A stretch of DNA of 64,000 nucleotides, from contig JBNMNW010000002.1 of the NCBI GenBank assembly GCA_051278165.1, positions 1,267 through 65,266 of the forward strand, in the 5' to 3' direction. Origin of the DNA: Planctomycetota bacterium (GTDB taxonomy: Bacteria > Planctomycetota > UBA1135 > UBA2386). Below are positions 8,964 to 18,493 of the stretch, one piece after another (within the stretch, counting starts at the first letter, position 1; every line of letters starts with the position of its first letter). A model generated the notes under the pieces. That model saw only the letters and a list, made by a program, of their open reading frames with translations, did no database searches and was not told the DNA's origin. Made by a program: the position numbers and the translations under genes.

Positions 8964-10721
8964 TTACGCCGACTTGACGCCGTGCACCTGCAGTTGCGGG
9001 AAGGGGATACCGAAACCGTGCTCGGTGCAGGCGGCGACCAGCGCTTGGTTGATGCGGCGCTGGATCGCTTTGTAGCGCATGGCAGCCTTGCCTTCGAGGC
9101 CGACCAACACCACGAAATCGAGCGAACTTGCGCCTGCCGATTTCAGTTCGACGCGGATTGAGCGCATCGCATCGCCATCGACATCTGCTTCCAACGCGGC
9201 TACGACCGCTTCGTGGAAGGCGGCAGGAACGCGCTGTAGAGCCAGTTCCTGGTGGCTGTAGTCGATCCCGAACGTCACGGCGATTTCGAAGCCATGCGAC
9301 AGATTGCGCGGGCTCATCGCCAGGAAGTCTGTGGTGGGGATCGTCTGTGGCGCATCGTTGCGCTTGACGAAGATCACGATTTCGGGCGTCTGCATTTCGA
9401 TGTAGCCCAGCGAGTCGCCGAGCATCACGATGTCGCCTTGCTCGCACGGAAACCAAGGTTCGTCAGCGGCGCCGAGGCGTGAGCGTTGGCCAATCAACTG
9501 GCCAATCGGCATGCGCAGGGTGCCTCCCGTAAGCGCCGGGTTTCTGAGCTTGGTGTAGAACCGCAGCGACTCGACCCGGTAGGGCAGGCCATCGACCAGG
9601 ATGCGCTCGCCTTCGCGCACCGAGCCCACGTTGAGCAGCATCCGGATCTCTTCCAGATACTGGGGTGCCTGCTTGGTCATGACCCAGCCGATGGCGACGA
9701 CGAACAGGATTCCGATCGTGAAGATGACGAACTCTCCCCGTGCATACGCCGTGATCAGGATGGCGACGACGGCGACCACTACCGTCAGTATGCGCATCAA
9801 GATCGTTACCAGCCGGGCCGCGAAGCCACGCTTACGTTTCCTGGTGACGATGAGATTGCTCAGCAAGCGCATCGCAAAGAACGTCAACAAAAACACCCCA
9901 AGGCACCACAGGATGCTGATGCCACTGTCTTGCACGCCCTCGTCAAACTTGGTGGTCAGCGTCTGCCAGATCGTGGTCTTGCTCTCATTTTGGATTCGCT
10001 GCTTTTCGCCGAGCACGAGGATCTTGCTACCGAGACTGCGCAGCAGCGGTTGCCAGTGCTCAGCCAATTCCCGTTGCGCCTCGGCAGCAGCTAGCAGGCT
10101 TCCTGGGCTGCCATCGACCTTGAATTGTGCGATGGCGTTGGTGACTCGCGCGCTCGCTTGTGCCGCGGTGACGCGACGGCTTCTGGCGCTCTCGAGGTCG
10201 TCTGTGACCTGCTGCGCCTCGCGCGGAGCCTCCGTCCAGTCCTTGACCACGGAGACGATGGGGCGCACCGTTTCGACCAACTCTTCCTGAAGGTTGAATT
10301 TGACGGCCGTTGGGTCTTCAAATTTCTTGACGTCGATGCTCGTGACCAAGCTCGCGAACTCCAGCCGTTGTTGGCGAATCTCTAGGTCCAGCTCCTTCGC
10401 CTTGTTCTGATCGTTTGCGGCCAACGCGGCGGCACGCTCTAGTCGCGTGTCTTTCAGCACCCCTGCGACACTGCGGAGCGCTTCGGCGGTGCTCTCTAGT
10501 AGGCCTGGTTCCGGGTCTTGTTGCTTGGCCTCGGTTGCGACAGTCTCCTGGCCGGGCGTAGGGCTGAGAAGATCGATCGCGGGCGTACCGGCCTCGGGGG
10601 CTACGCCAGCCGCAGGCCCCTCAGACACGGGGGGCTGTGCGGCAATCGGGAGTGGCGAAAGTAGCCCTGCTGTCAGCATTGCCAGGATCAGACGAGTCAC
10701 GAGCGTGCGCATGATCGCCAA
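8964..10721 (-). CDS. Mechanosensitive ion channel family protein (MscS-like)
   Basis: Signal/TM at the N-terminus, a long coiled periplasmic region, a cluster of TM helices, then an MscS-type beta domain (ERILVDGLPYRVESLRFYTKLRN). Confidence 0.75.
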   Translation of the reverse strand: MAIMRTLVTRLILAMLTAGLLSPLPIAAQPPVSEGPAAGVAPEAGTPAIDLLSPTPGQETVATEAKQQDPEPGLLESTAEALRSVAGVLKDTRLERAAALAANDQNKAKELDLEIRQQRLEFASLVTSIDVKKFEDPTAVKFNLQEELVETVRPIVSVVKDWTEAPREAQQVTDDLESARSRRVTAAQASARVTNAIAQFKVDGSPGSLLAAAEAQRELAEHWQPLLRSLGSKILVLGEKQRIQNESKTTIWQTLTTKFDEGVQDSGISILWCLGVFLLTFFAMRLLSNLIVTRKRKRGFAARLVTILMRILTVVVAVVAILITAYARGEFVIFTIGILFVVAIGWVMTKQAPQYLEEIRMLLNVGSVREGERILVDGLPYRVESLRFYTKLRNPALTGGTLRMPIGQLIGQRSRLGAADEPWFPCEQGDIVMLGDSLGYIEMQTPEIVIFVKRNDAPQTIPTTDFLAMSPRNLSHGFEIAVTFGIDYSHQELALQRVPAAFHEAVVAALEADVDGDAMRSIRVELKSAGASSLDFVVLVGLEGKAAMRYKAIQRRINQALVAACTEHGFGIPFPQLQVHGVKSA

Positions 10722-10775
10722 GGTAGCGCAGCGTCCGTTTGGATTCGCGCGCCGAGGCGGCTACACCATTGGCAG

Positions 10776-12113
10776 ATGAGCAAAGCGATCTCGACGAAAC
10801 CCCCGAGCGGCATGCGCGACTTCCTGGCTGAGGATGTGGTGCGTCGCCGCCATGTGCTCGCCATCGTGCAGCGCGTGTATGAGTCTTTTGGCTTCGTGCC
10901 GCTCGAAACTCCGACCATCGAGAACCTGTCGACGCTGCTCGGCAAGTATGGGCCCGAAGGCGACCAGCTGCTGTATCGCCTGCTGCACCGCCGCGACAAG
11001 CTGACGCGGGCGCTTGATAAGGGGGTCGAGAGCGAGATGGACTTGTCGGCCGAAGGGCTGCGTTATGACCTGACGGTGCCGTTGGCGCGCGTCGTGGCTA
11101 ACTACAAGACCCTGCCGTCGTTCTACAAGCGCTACCAGATCCAACCGGTGTGGCGTGCGGACCGACCGGCGCGCGGTCGCTTCCGTGAGTTCTACCAGTG
11201 CGATGTCGATATCACCGGCACGAACAGCCTGGTCGCCGATGCCGAAGTCTGCGGCGCCATTGCGCAAGTGCTGCGCGAACTCGGCTTCACCGACTTCAAG
11301 ATTGCGACCAACCATCGTGAGCTGTTGCGCGCCTTGGTCGCCGATGCTGGCATCCCCGCCGAACAGGAGTCGTTGGCGTTGATCGCGCTCGACAAGCTCG
11401 ACAAGGTGCAGAAGGAAGGCGTGCTCAAGGAGCTCTCTGAGAAGGGCATTCCTGAGTCGCAGGCAAACAGCTTGTTGGACTCGTTGGATCGCATGCGCGA
11501 AGACGGTGCCCTCGAACGCATGTGCGAAGGCGACGGTCCCGGTGCGGTCGGCGCACAGGAATTGCGCGAGCTGTTCCTGCTGGCGAGCGGTGGTCCGGCT
11601 AGCGAGCATCTGACGTTCGATCCGACCTTGGCGCGAGGGCTGAGCTACTACACCGGCCCGATCTTCGAGATCCAAATTGAGGGCCTCGCCGGCTCAATGG
11701 GCGGCGGCGGGCGCTACGACAACCTGATTGGCATGTTCCAGAAGCAGGGCGTGCCGGCGGTTGGCTTCTCGCTCGGCCTTGAGCGCGTGCTGCTCGTGAT
11801 GACCGAGCGCAACATGTTCCCCGAGCTCGGCATCGGGCCGGAGCTGCTGCTGTGCCGCATGGCTGAAGTGGACGCTTCGAAGGTGCTGGCAGTCGCCAGC
11901 GAGCTGCGCGCTTCAGGCCTTCGTGTCGAAGTCTATGCCGACGCAGTGGCGATGAAGAAGCAGTTGCAGTACGCCAATACCATTGGTGTCTCCCATGTTG
12001 GCATCCTTGGACCAGTTGAGCTGGCTGACGGCATCATTGCGCTCAAGGATTTGGTTAGCGGCGAACAAGTGGCTTGTTCGGTGAAAGATGTGGCGGGGCA
12101 TGTGCGTTCCTAA
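10776..12113 (+). CDS. hisS: Histidine--tRNA ligase
   Basis: PSGMRDFL, RFREFYQCDVD (motif 2) and GGGGRYDNL (motif 3). Confidence 0.95.
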   Translation: MSKAISTKPPSGMRDFLAEDVVRRRHVLAIVQRVYESFGFVPLETPTIENLSTLLGKYGPEGDQLLYRLLHRRDKLTRALDKGVESEMDLSAEGLRYDLTVPLARVVANYKTLPSFYKRYQIQPVWRADRPARGRFREFYQCDVDITGTNSLVADAEVCGAIAQVLRELGFTDFKIATNHRELLRALVADAGIPAEQESLALIALDKLDKVQKEGVLKELSEKGIPESQANSLLDSLDRMREDGALERMCEGDGPGAVGAQELRELFLLASGGPASEHLTFDPTLARGLSYYTGPIFEIQIEGLAGSMGGGGRYDNLIGMFQKQGVPAVGFSLGLERVLLVMTERNMFPELGIGPELLLCRMAEVDASKVLAVASELRASGLRVEVYADAVAMKKQLQYANTIGVSHVGILGPVELADGIIALKDLVSGEQVACSVKDVAGHVRS

Positions 12114-12146
12114 CAGAGCTCACCAGCTAGTCTAGATTCCTATTCC

Positions 12147-13169
12147 ATGCCCGAAGCGAGTTCCGCGATGCCCAATGACGCGCCGCAGCCATTGCGGTCC
12201 GAAGAGCTCGAACTAGTTTCGCGCATCGTTGCGGCGTTGCGTGCGTGCGCTACGGATGACGCCAGAGAATCGATTCGGGCCATTAAGCACCACCTGCAGA
12301 ACCTCGCGCTGTTTGGCGAGCTGCTCAATCGCTATCCATCGCCGCTGACCGATCAGATTCTGCACGGCAAGAAGCGCGGCCTCGAGACGCTGGTCGACAC
12401 GATGGTGTTGACCGACCAGGCCACCTTTCCGTTCCGCGCGCCGACCCAAGCACTGGTTGGTCGCACAATGAACATGGCGCAGATCAACTTCCTGCGCATG
12501 TTGTGGCATCTCGCTGGCAGCCTGCCGGCCGGTGACGATGCTAAGAAGCTTGGCTGTGAGGACGCGTTCGAACTGCGCGAAGCGGCGGCGCATCGGTTGC
12601 GCGCCGCAGTGCATACGAGGTTGGTCGAAGAAGTGCTCGTCGACATCGTGACCGATGCATTAGTGGGGCGCTCCCTGCGGGCTCAAGGTGCTCGCAGCCT
12701 CGCGCATCTGTGGGGCAACCGCCTCACTTGGCGCGTGCACGACTTCTTCCCGATCCTCGCGGCAACCTGGGAGGCGCGACAACGCGTGCAGGTGATCGGT
12801 GGAACGTTGGCCGGTAGCTGCGAGTTGATGCAGTTGATGACCAAGGGCGGCGATGCCGAGTTCGTCGATCTGTTCACTGACTGCGACTACGGCGAAGTGG
12901 AGCTGCAGGCGTTCCGCGAGTTCTTGTTCGGTACCTCGTCCGAAGAGCTCGACCGCCTTGCTGAGCGCATGGCAACCGAAGGCCTGACCAGCATCGAGCT
13001 CGACAGCCGGATCGGCGAAGTCACGCGCGACTCGGGCTCGATCCTGTTCGAGTTCTTCCGCACGCGCTTGGTGCAGTGTAGTTCTCGCCGCGTCGCTGGG
13101 CTACCAGGCCCAAGGCATACTGCCGAGGGCTACGTGATGCTTGCGTGGCTGCAGAAGCAGTGCCCGTAG
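12147..13169 (+). CDS. Hypothetical protein (helical, cytoplasmic)
   Basis: A 340-aa ORF with protein-like composition and no motif I recognise. Its stop codon lies inside a tandem repeat. Confidence 0.6.
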   Translation: MPEASSAMPNDAPQPLRSEELELVSRIVAALRACATDDARESIRAIKHHLQNLALFGELLNRYPSPLTDQILHGKKRGLETLVDTMVLTDQATFPFRAPTQALVGRTMNMAQINFLRMLWHLAGSLPAGDDAKKLGCEDAFELREAAAHRLRAAVHTRLVEEVLVDIVTDALVGRSLRAQGARSLAHLWGNRLTWRVHDFFPILAATWEARQRVQVIGGTLAGSCELMQLMTKGGDAEFVDLFTDCDYGEVELQAFREFLFGTSSEELDRLAERMATEGLTSIELDSRIGEVTRDSGSILFEFFRTRLVQCSSRRVAGLPGPRHTAEGYVMLAWLQKQCP

Positions 13170-13226
13170 AGCAGTGCCCGTAGAGCAGATCGCCGGCAGC
13201 AGATCACCGGCAGCAGAGCTTGCACA
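13157..13226. repeat. Five tandem 14-nt units starting GCAG
   Basis: gcagtgcccgtaga x2 (perfect), gcagatcgccggca/gcagatcaccggca, and gcagagcttgcaca. The array fills the gap between convergent stops at 13169 and 13228. Confidence 0.9.
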
Positions 13227-13227
13227 C

Positions 13228-15942
13228 CTAGTGCGCTTCAAGCCAGTTCGCGCCAACGCCGAGGCTGACTTCTAGTGGCACCTTGAGGTCCGCAGCGCCG
13301 ACCATCTCGTCGCGCAACAGGCGTTCGACTTCGAGGCGCTCTTCATCCGGCACGTCGAGTATCAGTTCGTCATGAACCTGCAGCAGCATCTTCGTCTGCA
13401 GGCCACGAGTCTCTAGGGCCGCGTGCACCGCCAGCATCGCCCGTTTGACGATGTCGGCGGCGGCACCCTGAATCGGCGTGTTGACAGCCATGTTCTCGGC
13501 GGCGATGCGCTGCATGGCGTTGGTTGAGTCGATGTCTGCGAGTGGCCGGCGGCGACCGAACATCGTGCGCACTTCCTTCTCGATGCGGGCGTGCTCGAGC
13601 GACCGGTCGAGGTATTCCTTCACACCCGGCAAAGCCCGGAAGTAGCTGTTGATGAACTTCTTGGCCTCCGGCGGTCGCATGCCGGTTTCGTTGGCGAGGC
13701 GGGACGCGCCCATGCCATACATCAGCCCGTAGTTGATGATCTTTGCTTGGTTGCGCAGCTCGGGCGTAACCATCGTTGGCAACAGACCGTGCACCAGGGC
13801 CGCGGTGCGTTCGTGGATGTCTTCGCCTTGGTTGAACGACTCGACTAGCGCTTTGTCTTCCGACAGGTGCGCCAGGATGCGCAGTTCGATCTGCGAGTAG
13901 TCGGCGGACATCAGCTGCCAGCCCTTCTTCTTGGCAACGAACGCGGCGCGCACCTTGCGGCCCTCTTCGGTGCGGATCGGAATGTTCTGCAGGTTGGGGT
14001 CTTCGCTACTCAGGCGTCCGGTTGCGGCGACGGCTTGATTGAACGTCGTGTGTACGCGGTCAGTGTCGGGCTGCGCCAACGTCGGCAAGGTGTCGATGTA
14101 GGTGCTCTTGAGCTTCGATAGCTGGCGCCACTCGAGCACCAGTTGCGGCACTTCATGTTTGGCCGCGAGTTTCTCCAGCACGTCGTGGTCGGTCTTGTAT
14201 TGGCCCTTGGGCGTGCGCTTCGGTTTGAGCTTGGCGAGCAGGTGCACTTCTAGCTCGTCGAACAAGACCACGCCGAGCTGTTGCGGTGACGCTAAGTTGA
14301 ACTCGTGGCCGACGCGTTGGAAGACGCGGTCCTGCAGGATTTCGATGCGCGACCCCATCTCGCGCGACAGCGTCGCCAGGTGCTCACGATTGATCGCGAT
14401 ACCGGTCCACTCCATCTCGAGCAGCACCGGCACGAGCGGCAATTCCATCTCGCGATACAGCGTCATCGTGCCGTAGCGCTCGAGCAGCTCTTTCATTACA
14501 GGCACCAATCGCAGCACCAGGTCGGCTTCTTCGCAGACGTAGTTGCCCACCAGTTGTGGATCGACTTCGGCGAACGTGCGCTGCTTCTTACCGGTGCCGA
14601 CCAGGTCCTTGGCCGATGTCTTCTTGAACGTGAAGTGCTTTAGCGCCAAGTCATCGAGAGAATGCGAGCGCAGGCCGGGTTCGGTGCAGTAGCTGGCCAG
14701 CATGATGTCTAGGTCGATGCCGTTCAGGTTGACGCCGCCCAGCTTGATCTCGGGCGCGCGCAACGCGGCGAGCAAGCGCTTGAGGTCGTGCACCTGCTTC
14801 TTCGGCGTCTCGGCCTCAAGCAACGGGCGCAGCATGTCGAGATGCGCCTTGTTGGCCTCGCCAAGCGGCACGTAGACCGCTTCACCGGGAGCCGTGGCGA
14901 ACGCCATGCCGACCAGCCGCCGGGTTTGCAGCGTCTTGCCCGTGGTCTCCGCGGCAACGGCGAATTGCTCACACGTCTGCAGTCGTTCGATCAACGCCTG
15001 CAATTCGGCAAGCCCTGTGATCACCGAATACTTCTGTTCGACGTCGTCCTGTGGCGGGGCCTTGGCGGCCAGGTCGGCAAGCAAGTTCTTGAACCCGAGC
15101 CGCTGGAACAATGGCAGCAGCTTCTCTGGGTTCGGAGCCGCCGGGCCGATGTCTTCGATGGCGACGCCGACGTCGAGGTCGAGCTGCAGCGTTACGAGTT
15201 GTTTGGACAGTCTGGCGAGTTCGCGGTTCTCGTCGAGTGACTTCTTGATCGACGGCTTCTTGACCTCTTCGAGGTGCTCGTAGATGCCATCCATCGTGCC
15301 GAACTGAACGAGCAGGTCGACGGCCGTCTTCTTGCCGACCTTTGGCACACCTGGCACGTTGTCCGAGCTGTCGCCCATCAACGCCAGCATGTCAACGATC
15401 GCTGTCGGCGGCAGACCCCACTTTGCTTCGCACGACGTAGCGTCAAAGATCTCTGGCTTGCTGGTCGAACTGCGCAGGTTCCAGAGCTTGATCTTGTCGT
15501 CGACGATCTGGAGGAAGTCCTTATCGCCGGTGACGATGAACACCTCCATGCCGGCATCGCGCGCCCGCACCGCGAGCGTGCCAATCACGTCATCGGCTTC
15601 ATGCTCCTCAGCCGCGACAACCTGCAGCCCATAGCCGTCGACGGCTTCGCGGATGTCGTCGAGTTGGATCGCCATCTCGTCCGGCATCTTGGTGCGCGTC
15701 GACTTGTATTCCGGGTAGATCTTGGTGCGCAGCAAGTCGCCGCGCGGCCCGTCGAACGAAATCGCCATCGCGTCCGGTCGCTCGCGCTCGATCAGCGCCC
15801 GTAGCGTCGTGCAGAACCCGTAGGTCGCAGCGGTGGGGTGGCCATCGTCGGTCGTCAGAGGAGCGCGACCGGTGCCTTGGAAGGCGAAGAAACTGCGGTA
15901 GGCCAGTGCCGTACCATCGATCAGGAAGAGCCGCTTCGCCAT
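13228..15942 (-). CDS. polA: DNA polymerase I
   Basis: 5' nuclease N-terminus MAKRLFLIDGTALAYRSFFAF (start moved to 15942). Polymerase motifs are LMSADYSQIELRILAHLS, QAKIINYGLMYGMGA and LLQVHDELILDV. Confidence 0.95.
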   Translation of the reverse strand: MAKRLFLIDGTALAYRSFFAFQGTGRAPLTTDDGHPTAATYGFCTTLRALIERERPDAMAISFDGPRGDLLRTKIYPEYKSTRTKMPDEMAIQLDDIREAVDGYGLQVVAAEEHEADDVIGTLAVRARDAGMEVFIVTGDKDFLQIVDDKIKLWNLRSSTSKPEIFDATSCEAKWGLPPTAIVDMLALMGDSSDNVPGVPKVGKKTAVDLLVQFGTMDGIYEHLEEVKKPSIKKSLDENRELARLSKQLVTLQLDLDVGVAIEDIGPAAPNPEKLLPLFQRLGFKNLLADLAAKAPPQDDVEQKYSVITGLAELQALIERLQTCEQFAVAAETTGKTLQTRRLVGMAFATAPGEAVYVPLGEANKAHLDMLRPLLEAETPKKQVHDLKRLLAALRAPEIKLGGVNLNGIDLDIMLASYCTEPGLRSHSLDDLALKHFTFKKTSAKDLVGTGKKQRTFAEVDPQLVGNYVCEEADLVLRLVPVMKELLERYGTMTLYREMELPLVPVLLEMEWTGIAINREHLATLSREMGSRIEILQDRVFQRVGHEFNLASPQQLGVVLFDELEVHLLAKLKPKRTPKGQYKTDHDVLEKLAAKHEVPQLVLEWRQLSKLKSTYIDTLPTLAQPDTDRVHTTFNQAVAATGRLSSEDPNLQNIPIRTEEGRKVRAAFVAKKKGWQLMSADYSQIELRILAHLSEDKALVESFNQGEDIHERTAALVHGLLPTMVTPELRNQAKIINYGLMYGMGASRLANETGMRPPEAKKFINSYFRALPGVKEYLDRSLEHARIEKEVRTMFGRRRPLADIDSTNAMQRIAAENMAVNTPIQGAAADIVKRAMLAVHAALETRGLQTKMLLQVHDELILDVPDEERLEVERLLRDEMVGAADLKVPLEVSLGVGANWLEAH

Positions 15943-16026
15943 GCCACCGTTGTAGCGTGCGGCGGCTCCGCATCGAAGCGCGATCACGCACCGAGCGGGC
16001 TCAGATGCGGCTGTTTGCTCTTGCTT

Positions 16027-16719
16027 CTAATCGTGAGACGGCAGCAACACCTTGATCAGCACGAACCCGCCGATCAGCACGAGCGTGCCGAGCGTGGTCA
16101 CCAGCGCGAAGCGCTTCTCGATGAACTCCTTCATGCCAGGGCCGTAGCGTTTGAATAGCCACGCGACCAAGAAGAAGCGCGCCGAGCGGCCGACCGCCGA
16201 AGCGATCAAGAACATCGGGAAGTTGATTGCACAAACACCCGCCAGGATCGTGATCACCTTGTAGGGAATCGGCGTGAAGGCCGCGGCGAAGACGATCCAG
16301 AAGTCCCAGTTGCTGTAGAGCTCGCGCACCGACTCGACGGAGTGCGGGCTGACGCCCGGCACGTAGTCGTAGAAGAAGGTGCGCACGCCATCGTTCTCCC
16401 ACAGGAAGTATCCGATGCCGTAGCCCGCCATGCCGCCAACGACCGAGCCGATCGCGCACCAGGTGGCGAACCGGTAGCTCTTATTCACCGTGCCGATGCA
16501 CATCGCGATCAGCAACACGTCCGGCGGCACCGGGAAGAAGCTGCTCTCAGCGAACGCCAAGAAAAATAAGGCCGGCACCGCGTACGGCGTCGGAGCCCAG
16601 GCTAGCACCCAGTCGTACATGCGACGCGGGATGGTCGTGATCTTGGCCCAAAGGCCCTTGCCACCGGTTGGCTGACCGGCGTCCTTATCGGTGCTGTTCA
16701 CAGCGTTCCTATCGGCCAT
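16027..16719 (-). CDS. YqaA/DedA-family (SNARE-associated) membrane protein
   Basis: FAESSFFPVPPDVLL motif and multiple TM helices. The start is set at MADRNAV (16719), which overlaps the recJ stop by 11 nt. The longer 16896 start would overlap recJ extensively. Confidence 0.75.
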   Translation of the reverse strand: MADRNAVNSTDKDAGQPTGGKGLWAKITTIPRRMYDWVLAWAPTPYAVPALFFLAFAESSFFPVPPDVLLIAMCIGTVNKSYRFATWCAIGSVVGGMAGYGIGYFLWENDGVRTFFYDYVPGVSPHSVESVRELYSNWDFWIVFAAAFTPIPYKVITILAGVCAINFPMFLIASAVGRSARFFLVAWLFKRYGPGMKEFIEKRFALVTTLGTLVLIGGFVLIKVLLPSHD

Positions 16720-18460
16720 TGCGGTGTTCGTTCGTGCGCCCACTGCTGCGGCGCGGTTCGTTTCCGGCCGCCAGGTCGTGGATGTCAATTTGCACCGGCC
16801 CATCTTCACTGCGCGAACTGATGCGCGGCGTGTAGGCGATGCTCCATGGACCCTTGTTCTGGCGCAGGGTTTCAAAGTGCTCGGCGCCGCGCACAACCCG
16901 AGCCGGCATGATGTCGCGCCCTTTGGCGACGCGAACGCGCAGGTGCTGGCCGCGCGTATCGACGAACGGGTTGCCGATGATCTTGACGCCGTGGGTTACG
17001 AAGCGCGGTCGCGGATGCCCGTTACCGAACGGTCCTAGCGCCTCCATGCGGCGAATCGTTTGCGGCTCGAGCTCTGGGAACTCGGCCAGGCCGTCGACGC
17101 GGTAGGGGTGTTCTTTGGGCGCCAATCGCGCGCAGACAGCTGCGAAGCGTTCGCAGAACGCTGGGAAGTGTTCGCGCTTGATCTCCATGCCAGCGGCTGC
17201 CGCGTGGCCGCCGTGGGCTTCCAGTAGATCGGAGCACTCGCCGAGCGCGTCGCGCAGGTTGACGCCGTTCGTGCAGCGGCCAGAACCGCGTCCGATTTCG
17301 CCGTTGAACGCGAGCAGCATGACCGGCTTGGCGGTCGATTCCGCGATCCGTGCGGCGACGATGCCGAGCACGCCGGGGTGCCAGTTGTCCTGGCCGAGTA
17401 CGACGGCAGGGCCCGTGCCGCCAGCGATCAGCTGCTGCACTTCGTCTTGCAGCTGTCGTTCGACCTTACGGCGCGCTTCGTTGTGGCCTTCCAGCACCTT
17501 GGCGGCCTTTTGCGCGTCGGTGTAACTGGATGCACATAACAGGTCAACGGCGTCGTTGGCGTGGGCAACGCGACCGGCGGCGTTGATCAGCGGTGCGATG
17601 CGGAACGCGATGTCTTCGGGGCCAGCGCCGCGATGCAGCAAACCAGCAGCGTCCATGAGCGCGCGAATGCCAGGGTTGCGGCTCAATGACAGCGAGCGCA
17701 AGCCGTGGAACACCAGGGTGCGGTTCTCGCCATTCAGGGGAGCCACGTCGGCGACCGTGCCCATGGCGATGTATCCCATCGCATCGATCAGGAAGTCAGA
17801 GAACTCGGAGCTGCGCCGCATCGTGCCACTCAGCGACTCGGCGATCGCCGCGACCAAAGTGAACGCGACGCCGCAGCCCGCGAGGTTGCGATCGGGATAT
17901 CCGGCATCGGGCAGGCGCGGGTTGAGCACCGCGTAGGCGTCGGCGACGTTCTCGGTGGTGCCGTGGTGGTCGGTAATGATGACGTCGATGCCGCTCTTCT
18001 GCAGTTCGGCGATTGGCTTGATCGCGTTGGTGCCATTGTCGACCGAAATCACCAGCGGAAAGCCACCATCCTTGATCGCTTTGACACTCGCTGCGGAGAA
18101 CGAATAGCCGTCCTTGCGCGCCGGGATGTAGGGCTTGCTGTTGCAGTGCAGCAGCTTCAGGAACTTATGCAGTAAAACGGTGCCGCTAATTCCGTCGACG
18201 TCGTAGTCGCCGTGGATCAGGATCGGGTCGCCATTGCGCAGCGAAACCTGGACACGTTCCACGGCCTTCTGCATGTCCTTGAACTTGAAAGGGTCGTGCA
18301 GGCTGCCGAGATCCGGCCGCAAGAAGGATTTTGCAAGTTCGGGTGTGTCGATGCCACGCGCCAGTAGCACGCGCACGCAAAGGTCCGGCAAGCCAATGGA
18401 CCTGGCCAGCGCGGATTCGCGAGGATCAGGTCTTGGCGTCTCGAGTGCAGCGCGAAGCAT
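16709..18460 (-). CDS. recJ: Single-stranded-DNA-specific exonuclease RecJ
   Basis: DHH motifs LIHGDYDVDGISGT and IITDHHG, and the DHHA1 motif GGHAAAAG. The start is set at MLRAALETP (18460), and the exact start is uncertain. Confidence 0.9.
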   Translation of the reverse strand: MLRAALETPRPDPRESALARSIGLPDLCVRVLLARGIDTPELAKSFLRPDLGSLHDPFKFKDMQKAVERVQVSLRNGDPILIHGDYDVDGISGTVLLHKFLKLLHCNSKPYIPARKDGYSFSAASVKAIKDGGFPLVISVDNGTNAIKPIAELQKSGIDVIITDHHGTTENVADAYAVLNPRLPDAGYPDRNLAGCGVAFTLVAAIAESLSGTMRRSSEFSDFLIDAMGYIAMGTVADVAPLNGENRTLVFHGLRSLSLSRNPGIRALMDAAGLLHRGAGPEDIAFRIAPLINAAGRVAHANDAVDLLCASSYTDAQKAAKVLEGHNEARRKVERQLQDEVQQLIAGGTGPAVVLGQDNWHPGVLGIVAARIAESTAKPVMLLAFNGEIGRGSGRCTNGVNLRDALGECSDLLEAHGGHAAAAGMEIKREHFPAFCERFAAVCARLAPKEHPYRVDGLAEFPELEPQTIRRMEALGPFGNGHPRPRFVTHGVKIIGNPFVDTRGQHLRVRVAKGRDIMPARVVRGAEHFETLRQNKGPWSIAYTPRISSRSEDGPVQIDIHDLAAGNEPRRSSGRTNEHRNGR

Positions 18461-18493
18461 GTGGGGTGGGGTATGGTAGCGACCTATCCCGCG

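Noticed and set aside
13157-13226. The short tandem arrays (also 31179-31232, 45229-45303, 58198-58248) considered as possible CRISPR arrays.
   Set aside because: The units are directly abutting, with no spacers. They are 14-18 nt long and reach 2-5 copies only. There are no cas genes.
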